A DNA stretch of 63,494 bases, counting the filler, from Octopus bimaculoides (Eukaryota): NCBI RefSeq assembly GCF_001194135.2. It is 7 parts of 6 records of this genome, joined end to end, with 100 filler letters (N's around TTAATTAATTAA, not from the genome) between each part and the next. Parts side by side here need not be neighbours in the genome. Positions count along the whole stretch, not along the records: positions 1 to 16,296 come from NC_068985.1; 6 more parts are not named here. One strand, written 5' to 3'. The position numbers and the translations under genes were made by a program. Positions 1-12,659 of the stretch are shown here, piece by piece. Position 1 is the first letter of the stretch. Every line of letters begins with the position of its first letter. The notes under the pieces are model-generated. The model was given only the letters and a program-made list of their open reading frames with translations, ran no database searches and was not told where the DNA came from.

Positions 1-198
1 ATATATATATATATGATTCATATTTTACTATAGAAACTACATTTAAACTTGTCATATCTGTATGAAATACCTATCGTATGTTTTGTTGACAGAATTTGTA
101 CTATAGCGTTTGCATCATTAAAATTTTATTTGGTGTAAGTGGTGTCCTTGCGTAGCAATGTGACTTATACAAATTCTTCCAATATGCTATACTTCGAA

Positions 199-555
199 GG
201 CGGCGACATGGCAGAAACGTTAGCACACCAGATGAAATGCTTAGCGGTATTTCGTCTGTCTTTATGTTGTGAGTTCAAATTCGGCCGAGGTTGACCTTAC
301 CTTTCATCATTTCGGGGTCGATTAAATAAATACCAGTTACGCAATGGAGTCAATATAATCGACTTAATGCGTTTGTCTGTCCTTGTTTGTCCCCTCTGTG
401 TGTAGCCCCTTGTGGGTAGTAAAGAAATAAGAAACGTTAGCACAGCGAACGAAATGCTTAGCGGTATTTCATCTGTCGCGTATTGGGGTCGATCTAATCG
501 ACGGGCACTGCTCCCCAAAATTTCGGGCCTTGTGCCTAAAGTAGAAAAGAATATA
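199..555 (+). mobile_element. SINE family A: full copy with alpha tail (199-430) followed by a partial copy with beta tail (431-555)
   Basis: Head GGCGGCG..TGGCAGAAACGTTAG (A-box-like) and GAGTTCAAATTC (B-box-like). The same ~230-bp sequence recurs more than 10 times in the window. Confidence 0.85.
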
Positions 556-950
556 CTATACTTCTGAGAAGCTGGTTCCTTTTCGCTTTGGAAGTGACTC
601 GAGCGTTTGAATTTGCGAAGCACTTACGTCNNNNNNNNNNNNNNNNNNNNNNNNNNNNNNNNNNNNNNNNNNNNNNNNNNNNNNNNNNNNNNNNNNNNNN
701 NNNNNNNNNNNNNNNNNNNNNNNNNNNNNNNNNNNNNNNNNTTTTGGTGTGTGTGCATTCAATTCAATAGTATTAATATTTATCTCTCATTCTTTCATGT
801 TCGGTATATTTGCAATATGAAAAGCTATTTATATGTTTTCGATTTTATAGAATAATAGAAAAAATATGCTTTTGACTCATCTAATTTCCATGAATAATAA
901 TCATCAACCGAATATCACATTGAAGCGATTAAATTAATGCGGGAAGGTGT

Positions 951-986
<36 letters not shown>

Positions 987-1089
987 GAAATTGGAAGTTT
1001 TATGTATTTTTATTACTTTTGTTACGATGAATTATATATGATTTTACTCTTCAATTTCACGTATTATTTTTATTGTCTTTATTGTAGGC

Positions 1090-1771
1090 ATTATTATTAT
1101 TATCTCTTATTATTATCATTGGCTTTTTGGGAACTCCTGGAGTCTTGCATGCGTAGCAGACTTACTACCTGCAGCCTACGGTCTCATTCTATTCGTTTTT
1201 TAAAACTATTTAATACTTTTGTGATTATTATGGCCGTAGTAAGGACACAAATATTTTGTAACAGTTCAACTGGACACTCTATTCCAATTTCCTTTATATT
1301 CCTCTTGATGCCTTCTGGTACTGTTCCCAAGACCAAACAATAATTAGCACTATCTTCACCTTCTTCATTTACCATAGTCGGCCTATTTCGTAACTAAGGG
1401 GGGATGTATCTGTCTATCATTTCGTCTTCCATCTTGACTATACGTGGGTTAAATGGGTATGCAACGTCAACTATATAACATATGTGGTACACCTTGTCCA
1501 CCACCACTAGATCCGGTATGTTATGCTCTAACACCTGATCTGTTTGGTTTGGGAAATCCCAGATTTTGTTAGTCTCCTACTTCGCCACCCACTGCGGTTT
1601 GTGTTAATACCACGTCTTGCCTCTCTCTAGCTCCCACTCTTCGCGCAGTCACTAATGCAGCGCTTTCGCTGCCAGGTCGGTTCGCAATAAATTCTAGTGG
1701 CATTCATTCGTGATATGGGCAATGGTTTCATCCACTCTATTGCAGATGTGGCACAGCGGTGACACTTGCTC
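1090..1771 (-). mobile_element. 5'-truncated R4/Dong-clade non-LTR retrotransposon (zinc knuckle, restriction-like endonuclease, 3'UTR, (TAA)n tail), pseudogenised
   Basis: Minus-strand translation with stops and one frameshift: SPLCHICNRVDETIAHITNEC..WDFPNQTDQVLEHNIPDLVVVDK..IVDVAYPFNPR..YEIGRLW*MKKVKIV..LGTVPEGIKRNIKEIGIECPVELLQ..TKVLNS. This matches the CCHC + PD..D REL C-terminus. TAA repeats lie at both ends. Confidence 0.85.
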
Positions 1772-1925
1772 ATTATTATTATTATTATTGTTCAGTAGTT
1801 TTATTTTTATACCGTGCTTTCACTTCACTACCGAGCGCAGCTCTGTGCGCCTTGGGTATGTGCTGTGGTTTGCTGTGGTGCTCTTATGTTTACTGTATTG
1901 AATTGTTTTGCACGTTCATATCTTC
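1772..1925 (-). mobile_element. Possible 3'UTR/(TAA)n tail of a second R4/Dong-like family
   Basis: Minus strand ends ...AAAACTACTGAAC(AAT)n with a short GCGC hairpin. It resembles REL-LINE 3' ends, but no convincing coding remnant is left. Confidence 0.35.
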
Positions 1926-2345
1926 GTACTTTTTTCGTAACAAGCTTACAGTACGTACTTCTCGGTTGTTATTCTTGGGTGAAGTAATACTGGTGTTATT
2001 TAATATGTTTGTAATTTTTTTGTACATGGTGTTTTGGGGTTCGAAGATGGTCTGATTTTGATGTAACACGTGTGTTTACGATCGCTGTGCGGGTAGTGGA
2101 GGTATCAAGTTAAAATACATCATTATATTTGGAAAAATAGANNNNNNNNNNTGATTTTGATGTAACACGTGTGCTTACGATCGCTGTGCGGGTAGTGGAG
2201 GTATCAAGTTAAAATACATCATTATATTTGGAAAAATAGAGATAAATTTCAATGGGTATTACTTACTCGGATATAGTCCAACCCTTTGTCAGCTATTTTT
2301 GTACATGGTGTTTGGGTTTGGAGATGATCTGAATTTTGATGTTTA

Positions 2346-2391
<46 letters not shown>

Positions 2392-2398
<7 letters not shown>

Positions 2399-2740
2399 TC
2401 CACCTTAGCGAAGTCGGAGGTATTGTTTTCAGTCGTGGTTTACTTATTTGTTTGTTTGTCCATGGACATGATATCTCAAGAACAGCTGGATGGATTCGGA
2501 TGAAACTTTCGTGGCACGAAGTGATTAGATTTGGGGATTGATCTGGTACTGGATGAGTATTCTGGATTATTTTTCCTGTTTTTTTTTTTTTTACTTAACT
2601 TTTGAGAGCGGTCGGGTTCATATTTAGTATTCTCGTTTGTGAGAGCGGTGGAGTTTATTTCAGATATTCTCATTCTAAAAATTATCTCTGGCTAATCGTT
2701 GACAGGACGTTGGTGTTGTCTGAGTGGAGGATTGTGTCAT
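2392..2740 (+). mobile_element. Non-autonomous Helentron-type element (HINE/DINE-1-like)
   Basis: Begins TTACCTCCACC with a short inverted repeat (TACCTCC 2395-2401 / GGAGGTA 2416-2422). It has a GTTT microsatellite and a GGATGGATTCGGATGAAACTTTC core, a 3' subterminal GTGGAGG (2724-2730), and sits in (TTA)n. Confidence 0.6.
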
Positions 2741-2869
2741 AGGCGGTTGGAGTTATTTTTTGTTGTATTAGATGTGAGTCATAGTGTTAAATATTTGTTT
2801 GGTTGATTGTTGCTGTTCCAATTGCTGCTAGTGTTAATTTGAATAGTTGTTTTTACCCATTGTGGAAAA

Positions 2870-3380
2870 ATGGAGAAAGCGTCAACAGGTGGCCACAGTT
2901 GTGCGGCTGCAATTGGAAAGGGGATGGACGTGGAAGCGCTGGAGGTGCGAGAAGTAAGGGTTGAACCTCGAAAAATGAAGGAATGCAAGAAGTTGCTGGA
3001 AGGAGACGGGAATACACTGGAATTGGCGCCANNNNNNNNNNCAAGAAGTTGCTGGAAGGAGACGGGAATACACTGGAATTGGCGCCGCCTGTGGAACTAG
3101 CAACCAGTGTAATGAGGGGAACGGAGATATACGGGACAGGAAAGGTGGTAACGGGGAAAGTAGAAGTAGAGAAAGTAGAGGCCGTTGAGAAATATTTGAA
3201 GAATATAAAAAGACTAACCACATTTATAACAGGAGGGAGAAGGTACACTGCTGTGGAGGTGCGTTTTGCATGAGAGGAGAAAGCAATTTAGCACTCCAAG
3301 GAGACAGTAAGATCGGAGGAATGGGTACCTTTGCCATCGTACGGTGGCAAACGTGTGGCTGGGGTGCGAGTTTCAGAAGC
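2870..3380 (+). pseudogene. Decayed retroelement ORF1/gag-like fragment
   Basis: Motif GGRRYTAVEVRFA*EEKAI*HS..LPSYGGKRVAGVRV is homologous to 49785-50130 (GRKYATLEVRFAVKEKARQHS..LPTYFGRCASRVRV). It carries in-frame stops. Assignment to a LINE ORF1 is inference. Confidence 0.55.
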
Positions 3381-3546
3381 CAAAGTATTTGAGCCTATTC
3401 ATTAATCATTCACCATCTCTTTTGATTAATTTTTGATTAAAAAAAAAAAAAATCTGCTTCCGTGTTTTAAATCCCGTGAATATAATTGAATTAGATTGGA
3501 GTTGAAAAAAATCAAAATTACTATCAGAATACGTGCATTGGCTTGG

Positions 3547-3569
3547 GACTACTACTGCTGCTACTACTA

Positions 3570-3627
<58 letters not shown>

Positions 3628-3680
3628 TGCTGCTTCTGCTGCTTCTGCTGCTGCTGCTGTTGCTACATTTGTTAATGTTG
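3547..3680. repeat. Compound (ACT)n/(GCT)n microsatellite
   Basis: Direct reading; produces the spurious poly-T/poly-A ORF at 3533. Confidence 0.9.
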
Positions 3681-4157
3681 TAGTTGCCGCTGCTGTCTTA
3701 GCAAGGGAAACTCTTCAGTTTGGAGCTCGTATGTTTCTAAATATTCGTACTTTTGTTTGTTTACAACAAAGTAAATTTGGTCTCTGTGGTACCCGTTTGT
3801 TTTCATAACCAATTGTTATTCCTTCAAGCAGCATAACTCTACGAAATGTTTCTTCCATTTAGCGCGAATAAAAGTATAAAAGATATAATATGGCTCCTTC
3901 AATCGGCGGTGTGGTTAGTAAGAGCTATTAGTAAGAGCTATTGTCAAGTGTGATTATTTGAAATGATATAGTAATAATAGTAACAATGACAAATACGACA
4001 AAAACGAAAGTATACATTGACACTAAACCTGTCACTATGCCGCACACCGCAACAAGTACTAGAAATAACAACAACAAACAAAACAAAGCGAATATTAAAA
4101 GAAGACCGCCACGGAAATCACTGGTATAATGTTTTACACAATATATCAGTACGTAAA

Positions 4158-4820
4158 GGCGGCGAGTTGGCAAAAATGTTAGCACGCCGCGCGAAATGCT
4201 TAGCGGTATTTCGTCTGTATTTATGTTCTGAGATCAAATTCCGCCGAGGTCGACTTTGCCTTTCATCCTTTCGGGGTCGATAAATTAAATACCAGTTGCG
4301 TACTGGGGTCGATGTAATCGACTCAATCCGTTCGTCTGTCCTTGTTTGTTCCCTCTATGTTTAGCCCCTTGTGGGCAATAAAGAAATGAGAATAAAAAAA
4401 AAAAGGCGGTCAGCTGGCAGAAACGTTAGCACACCGGGCGAAATGCTTAGCGGTATTTCGTCTGCCGCTANNNNNNNNNNATTTATGTTCTGAGATCAAA
4501 TTCCGCCGAGGTCGACTTTGCCTTTCATCCTTTCGGGGTCGATTAAATAAGTACCAGTTACGCACTGGGGTCGATATAATCGACTTAATCCGTTTGTCTG
4601 TCCTTGTTTGTCCCCTCTGTGTGTAACCTCTTGTGGGCAGTAAAGAAATAGGTATTTCGTATGTCTTTATGTTCTGAGATCAAATTCCGCCGAGGTCGAC
4701 TTTGTCTTTCATCCTATCGGAGTCGATAAATCGAGTGCCAGTTGTGTACTGGAATCGATCTAATCGACTGGACCTTTCCCCAATAATTTCGAGCCTTGTG
4801 CATAGGGTTGAAAAGAATAA
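4158..4820 (+). mobile_element. Head-to-tail cluster of SINE A copies (two alpha-tailed, one headless beta-tailed)
   Basis: Repeated ttctgagatcaaattccgccgaggtcgactttg core. Tails are GTGGGCAATAAAGAAAT (alpha) or CCTTGTGCATAGGGTTGAAAAGAAT (beta). Confidence 0.85.
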
Positions 4821-5461
4821 ATCGGTACGTAGCGATGCTTGCAACAATAAGTGAAACGAATTGGCAAAGGTATACAGATGACCGAACCTCACCAACATTT
4901 TGAAATAAGTTATCAGAATATACAGCATCGTATTCAAAAAAAAAAAAACCGAAAGCGCAACAATAACAAAAAAATCTATTGGACTCGAAAGCAGACGACT
5001 TCAGTGACCATCGTATGGTCAGATTGAAAAATGCCTTAATATAATCTGAGGTACAAAACTTATGTCACATGTGTAAGCGGTCTTTGCCCTTTAAAGACCG
5101 TATATATCCGTCTCACTAACGATAACTGTAACGAGATCCATTTCTCAGTACCTCTCCTGAAGTTCCTTATCCATTTTTCCGTGATCTAGTATGAGTGAAT
5201 GTTTATAACGCCAGTAATCTACTTCAGATGATTCCTTTACTCACTTCTTACAGAACCTGAAGCTCAAATCCATTTCCTGACAATCAGATCCTCTATTTGA
5301 CATCTGTTCACAGCGCTGCCCCACATATAGTTTCCTTCTATTCCAATAGTAGACTGAACGAGATGTTTGTTGTGGACACGTTGTGATATATACAGATATA
5401 TGATAACTGAATGCTTTTAGAGAACTACAACCGTTTTCATTATATCATCAATATTGTGGTT

Positions 5462-5867
5462 TTCGTTCGTCTGTCTTTACATTCCGAGTTCAAATTCCGT
5501 CGAGGTCGACTTTTCCGTTCATCCTTTCGAGGTCGATAAATTTAGAACCAATTGCGTATTGGGGTCGATGTAATCGACTGGCCTCCTCTCCCAGAATTTC
5601 GCGCCTTGTGCCTAGAGTAGAAAAGAAGATATTTTAAGGCGGTGAGCTGGAAGAAGTGTTAAGACGCCGGGCAAAATGCTCAGCGGTATTTCATCTGTCC
5701 TCGTGTTCTGAGCTCAAATTCCGCCGAAGTCGACTTTGCCTTTCATCCTTTCGGGGTCGATAAATTAAATACCAGCTCCGTACTGGGATCGATATAATAC
5801 TCAAAACTTTCTCCTCCCTCCCACCATCAAAAATTTCGGGCCTTGTTCCTAGAGTAGAAAAGAATAT
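5462..5867 (+). mobile_element. Two tandem SINE A copies with beta tail
   Basis: Same core; both end CCTAGAGTAGAAAAGAA. Confidence 0.85.
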
Positions 5868-6307
5868 TGTGGATTTCGTCGCCCTTGTCGCTGTCGTAAT
5901 CGTCAACCTCGTTATAATCTTCGTCGTTCCAAGCTTCGTTTTCACTGTCCTTTCGACCTTTTAGTCGCCGTTTCCGTCGTCGTTAATGATGACGCCATCG
6001 TCATCATCATCTCCATCATTACCACCGTCATTGACGTCATTGCAATTAACAATCAATGTATCAATTTTGCTGCTAGTAATGCTGCATCTTTTAAAGCAAA
6101 ATTTTTACTTTCCTTAAATATTAATAACGCAACATTTGTAAGGTTACTTCAGATGTAACTCGCCTAACACATGTGATAACACTGGCATTCGTAAAATATA
6201 ATTTTTTACATCTTATACTGCGAAATATGATTACTCACACACATGCATGCAGGCAAGCTGATACGTTGGCGATTTTCTTTCTCTGTCTTCCCTTCTTTCG
6301 AATTTCC

Positions 6308-6350
6308 CTATATTTCTGACGAAGAGCTCCGCTCGAAACGTCATATGATC
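6308..6350 (+). ncRNA. Minimal hammerhead-ribozyme-like motif (Penelope-type); stem I degenerate
   Basis: CTGACGA (6316-6322), A, GAGC-tcc-GCTC stem II, GAAA-CGTC. Stem I pairing is poor in this copy. Confidence 0.55.
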
Positions 6351-6523
6351 TTTCTTTTCTTTCCTTTCCGGAGCGTCTAATAACACTGTACTTATTCCAC
6401 GTCCTCGCGTTGTTGTTTTTTCGTGATTGTTTTTTTTCGTGTTTTATTTTCTTGCTTGTTTCTGTTTGAATTGATTATGTATGTATACATATATGGATGT
6501 ATTTACGTATGCATGTATGTAAC

Positions 6524-6594
<71 letters not shown>

Positions 6595-6753
6595 NNNNNN
6601 NNNNNNNNNNNNNNNNNNNNNNNNNNNNNNNNNNNNNNNNNNNNNNNNNNNNNNNNNNNNNNNNNNNNNNNNNNNNNNNNNNNNNNNNNNNNNNNNNNNN
6701 NNNNNNNNNNNNNNNNNNNNNNNNNNNNNNNNNNNNNNNNNNNNNNNNNNNNN

Positions 6754-6790
<37 letters not shown>

Positions 6791-7041
6791 TACATACATA
6801 CAGACAGACAGACAGACACAGAGAGAGACAGAGAGAGAGACAGAGAGAGACACAGAGAGAGAGAGACAGATACAGAGAAAGAGTGGGATAAATAGATAGA
6901 TAGATAAAAGTCTTTTATTGTGTCCTTATTCTGTTGGACATTTCAGCATTTGTTTCTCAGCGTACATTCATTGCATTCCTGAGTAGAGGTACTCCTTTGT
7001 CTCCACGATTTCATTCGACCACATATATGTTGTTTTCATAC

Positions 7042-7103
7042 CAGTGAAAGCGATCTGAAAAGCCACTTGCAAGGGGCCTCCTCGATGATGGGAAGATGAG
7101 TTA
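7042..7103 (-). CDS. Candidate small exon of unknown host gene
   Basis: Minus strand ...aaattcctacag|TAACTC...TCACTG|gtatga. Open in two frames (e.g. THLPIIEEAPCKWLFRSLSL). Splice signals only. Confidence 0.25.
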
Positions 7104-7203
7104 CTGTAGGAATTTGGATTAAGATGGTAAAGAATGGCACAATCAAGACAGGGTTGGAAGCGCATTATGGCAAGTGGTGTATAACATCATCAGATAATGT
7201 CCT

Positions 7204-7327
<124 letters not shown>

Positions 7328-9959
7328 AACTGTGGTGTGTCTGTATATATGTATGTAACGTAAATGCTTTGTGAATTCGTACATTAGAGGCTCCAGGAAG
7401 AAGAATAGATATGTTATTCAAACGTAGCTCCGTAGATCCTAAAACGAATGTTCTTTACCATTTTTGTTAAACATCATCAACTGGCGATATATACTTCTCT
7501 CAATTTCCCTTAATCTTTTATTGTTGCGCATGAAATTACATCATTGGTTTACTTGCGAAAAGATATTCGAGTGGTACTCGTCTCAGACTTTTTTTATGAT
7601 GTTAAATATAGCTGAATTTGTATGAAAATATGTTCTTAAAAATTAGCTCTTCTATATTGGATTCAGAGCTGTGCCGAGATATTGTGCACATCAATGATTT
7701 TATCAAAGAATTGAAAATGATGTCTAGATATTCTACACAACAATTATTGTATCAAGTGAAGATCTGAACTTTCATTTTTACTTTAAAACCCGAGGAAGTT
7801 TGTGGATGACGAAAAATACTTTGAAAATCAGGAGTGGATGACTTTTGTATTTGCAATCGTAATTAATTGCGCAGATAGTTTTGGTTGGATTGATTTGGGA
7901 AAATTTACAAATACTAAGTTTGTATGAAAAAATCAAATGCAAAGTATGAAATGAAATGAAATACTATTGTGAAAGCTGTCACTGCAGTGAACTAATCTGT
8001 CACCAGGCTTCTTTCCAATATTTAAATCATATGATCCTGAAGACATAAAACTATACACTGTCTAATTAGTACTTAGATTTAAATATCTGAGGTATTGAAA
8101 ACCATCAAACAAACTGCCACAGAAAAATTAGTTTCCGTTGCTAAAGGCAACTGTAATGCATTTGGTAAATTTATGAGCTAGCTTAATATGTGTAAATATT
8201 TATTTACCTCCCATAGAGCGTAATTACTGCACAATTAATAAAATGAATGGAGGGAATAGTTTAGCGTTTACCTGATCTGCTCTTGCAAATATGTTGACAT
8301 AGTGTTATGGATTTATTAAACTGCAAGTGTAAGTCAGAGAGTAGTACAAATAAAAATTGTATTACTTTCTGACTTATCCTCTTACACATAAAAACTGATG
8401 AATGACCGTTGCGAAATAAGTGATATATTATAACCGGAAAATGAACTTGAATGTGTCACTCAGTCCAATGTAAGCTTATCAACTATTTCTTGGCACTTTC
8501 TGTTAGAACTTTCCCTTAATTTCCATGACGCTAGAAATATTTGTTCTAAAATGTTGCGAAAACTTAAAGGAATGTATTATTGGTGCAGAGCCCTAGTGCA
8601 AACCATTTACAGACATAACGGAAACAACTATCTCTTTCTCTTTATGTTTTGTAGCTTTATACGTGACAGCATTATTTTATGTATCTTTTTAGCACTTAAG
8701 ACGGCAGTACTTACGATCTGACAAATTTGCTTTATTATATACAAAACGTCGATCAGCAAAATAAAGACTCTTCCATTGTCGCAATAGACTTATAGAGTTC
8801 ATTATGCATATCTTGTTTCTTACTACAAAAGCAACTTACTGCAATAAACGGGATAGAGAGTGGAATGTGTATATTTTAAATACTGAGGCTAAAACTGCAT
8901 CAGCATAAGAATAATATATGCCACTAATCTGATTTTACTTTCAAAGTACATTTAATCTGTGACAACTTGTAAGCGCACGATATATAATACTTAACATTTT
9001 AAAGAGACTTAGATTAAAATGCTGGAGCTTATATTACTTATGACATATATAGAAACATTGAACTGCACTCGATTTATTATTTTCTTTCAGAAAGACATCG
9101 CAAAGCAACATGTGATTATAATAAACCTAGCATTATTAGAAATAGCTGAGTGGAAATATAATATCTTACGACGTATCAAATTAATGTGGATTACAGATAT
9201 AAATATGGAAACTCGAAGAAATTGTAATCCATTGATGAATCGAAGAAAGTAGATTTCGTATTTGTGTTTAATATATTTAATGTTATAAGTTTTATATTTT
9301 GTTTTCTGACCAGAAGTTTAATTTGATGTGCTTCAATACAACATACTGTGTCAAATCCGTTTATTGCTTAACTAGAGAAAATTGAGTGAAAGGCAAAAAT
9401 CAAAATATCTCCGCTGCGGAATCGAGTAACAATGGGGCATTTCAACGTTTAAAGCCATATTTCATTACCCTTTTTTTTTACGTATGACACTATAGTGAAA
9501 GGTATCTATATGTCCAGTATTATAAAATAAATTTTAAAAAAAAATAAACAAAAACGTTGTCTTTAATTGTTCAAAGGATTTTACTATTATATTTTAAATA
9601 AAATAAACTAAAAATACTTGTGTTTCAAAGCTGTCGTATCATGAAACGGAAAAAATATAAAATACATATTAAAGTATTGGCAGCGATCCGAAATTGAATG
9701 AAGAATTTCTAGATTATACAAAGAAAACTTTTCATTCATTGCTCCAACATAGTAAATAAATTAGAAAAGAGCAAAAATAAAATTCGACTTATATTCAGCA
9801 TTACTGCATCTACACCAAAAATCTATTCACGAACATGTATTTGTAACATGCATTCTAGAGGAATCCACTGCCGCATACAATATAAACTAGAATAAAATTA
9901 TATAATTTTGTATTGAAGAAAGTATCCGCTGCCTTTAGAATATTTTTATGAAGAGATTG

Positions 9960-10007
<48 letters not shown>

Positions 10008-10767
10008 TTTCAAGAGAGGTTTCTATACTGCTAAAGAAATTTTAGGGGAAAACCGCTTATTTTACTTCTTTGCATTATATTTTCTATAGCAGTTATCTAT
10101 ATTGAAATGTGTTGTATTGAAAGGAATTATGCTACAAATCAGCAATGGATATTCGAAAATATGCGATTCCCGAGACATGACTGCGTACAGGTAAAGCAGT
10201 GTATTAAGCTTCAACGGAAACATATCTACATCTATCAACAAATGAAGTCAATGAAATCAAATTTAAATATTGCAAAACGTTATACTGCACCTGAGGAATC
10301 ATATTGAAAAAAGAAAACTTGTATTTATGAATATGAAAAGACGGGCATTGTAGACTGTGCTTTCGTGGGCGAGGCGCTTTTTTGGGCAATGTGGAGGACG
10401 GTGTACGCTGTGAAAGAAATATTATTCGAAGTTTTAACAATTATCTCCATGGGATTTCATATTTAACAGTTATATTTTATTACTGTTTTGTGATGGGCAA
10501 TATGTCCATGTTTTCCCGCTCATCAATGAGTGTATCTTTATAGGATTGGACCACAAAATATTTTAGATTAGTTTTACTCAAACATTTTTTCTATTCTTCC
10601 GAGTTTTCGTCGCAAATAATATGTTTCATTTCGCAGTAACTCATATATACTCGTATATAATACCCAGTATCGTTTTCGTTGTTTATCATATTGTGCAGCC
10701 TCGACAAAATCCGGAAAGGAGTTACGAGAGACACTCCAGACCTAGGCCTACAGGCATGACGTCAATA

Positions 10768-10826
<59 letters not shown>

Positions 10827-11750
10827 NNNNNNNNNNTGTGTGTGTGTGTGTGTGAGTATATGTGTGTGTGTATATGTGCGTGCGTTACCTGTGTGTCTTT
10901 GCGTGTATATAAATATGTATAAATTAATATCTACAAGGACACATGCATATATGTGTACGGTTGTGCTTAGGCATATTCATAGATTTATATATGCAACTTA
11001 GTATATGTGGACAATGTCTGCGTGTGTGCGTGCGTGTGTTTGTGTGTCTGTGTACGTGTGTGTGTATGTGTGTATTACCGTGGGGTGGGCTTCTATGCAT
11101 GCATTGCTCATTGGACATTATACATGTTATCTGACGTCACGCTAATTATCCTAACTTGATTTTTTCAGAACGATGGCGACATGACTTAATTTCTTCAATG
11201 ATTGTTTCACCTTCCATACATCTCCATAGTAATGGAAACACTTGTACACATTTTCTTCATTGATTTCTGAATCTTTTGCAAGACATGAAAATATTCATTA
11301 ATACCGTAGATTCAGTTAATTATGCTTTCGATTGCCATTCTGTATCTATGTTAATGATAAAATCTGTAACACTAACACGTTCTGTACATTTTCCTCTGTT
11401 GTTCAAGGCCTTCATAGATCCAAGGAAATATATTTGATTTAAATAACCATTAGCGTTTTATCATTTATGTATCATGCTTCATTAATTTCAACAAGCCAAA
11501 TGTGCATACGAGTACTCCAGAAATTGCGACTAAATTCATATGCTTCACAGGTGTGCATTTGCTGATATTTTCCCTCTGATCTTCAATGATTGCATTTTAA
11601 GTAGTCGTCATCGACCTAGATATTCATCTACTTTATTTTCATGTTTTATTTCATCATGGTCTGCAAGACTCCAATGAAATCTAATATTATTTATGCTATA
11701 AACCCGATGCTATGTTATGCATATACAATTGTTCATATATATATATATAG

Positions 11751-11794
<44 letters not shown>

Positions 11795-11795
11795 G

Positions 11796-11828
<33 letters not shown>

Positions 11829-11861
11829 NNNNNNNNNNAGAGAGAGAGAGATAGTACATAG

Positions 11862-12093
11862 GGCGGCAAGCTGGCAGAAACGTTAGCACGCCGGGCGAAA
11901 TGCTTAGCGGTGTTTCGTCTGCCGCTACGTTCTGAGTTCAAATTTCGCCGAGGTCGAATTTGCCTTTCATCCTTTCGGGGGTCGATTAAATAAATACCAT
12001 TTACGTACTGAGGTCGACGTAATCGAGTTAATTCCTTTGTCTGTCCTTGTTTGTCCCCTCTATGTTTAGCCCCCAGTGGGCGATAAAGAAATA
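11862..12093 (+). mobile_element. SINE A, alpha tail
   Basis: Full head, core and tail. Confidence 0.85.
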
Positions 12094-12563
12094 AATATTT
12101 GTATATTACGTATTTCAGCATAGTAATTCACAAACTTATTTTGAATGTAAATAAATGCTAATCACCCTTGTAAGATCTTTGATAATACTCCATGGATTTC
12201 ATTGTATATGTAGGCCAACAAAATAGACAATATCGCAGCCCATTTAAGTTAACCTAACGGCCAAATCGATTTTAATGATGTGAAGAGGGACATAACATTG
12301 GATAATATCTTATTGCACACAGTACGACCTAATACGAGACAGAATGGTAACGATAGGAATGTCTTACAGTTTAAATCTTGTACGTCAGAGATGATATAAG
12401 ACTAGCACTATGTTACAACAAGAGTACCCAAAACTATTTGGGTTTATAACAACAAAATAAATGCGAGGAATTAAGTATATTTATCGTTAGATATTATAAG
12501 ATATGAATACAATCTACATATAGCTATATGCATTCACATATAGATACATACATAGAAAGATGG

Positions 12564-12659
<96 letters not shown>

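Noticed and set aside
5252-5300. Strong acceptor ttcctttactcacttcttacag
   Set aside because: All three frames stop within 50 nt with no good earlier donor; could only be a terminal or non-coding exon.
8395-8420. CTGATGA...GAAA match
   Set aside because: No stem II complementarity; chance match.
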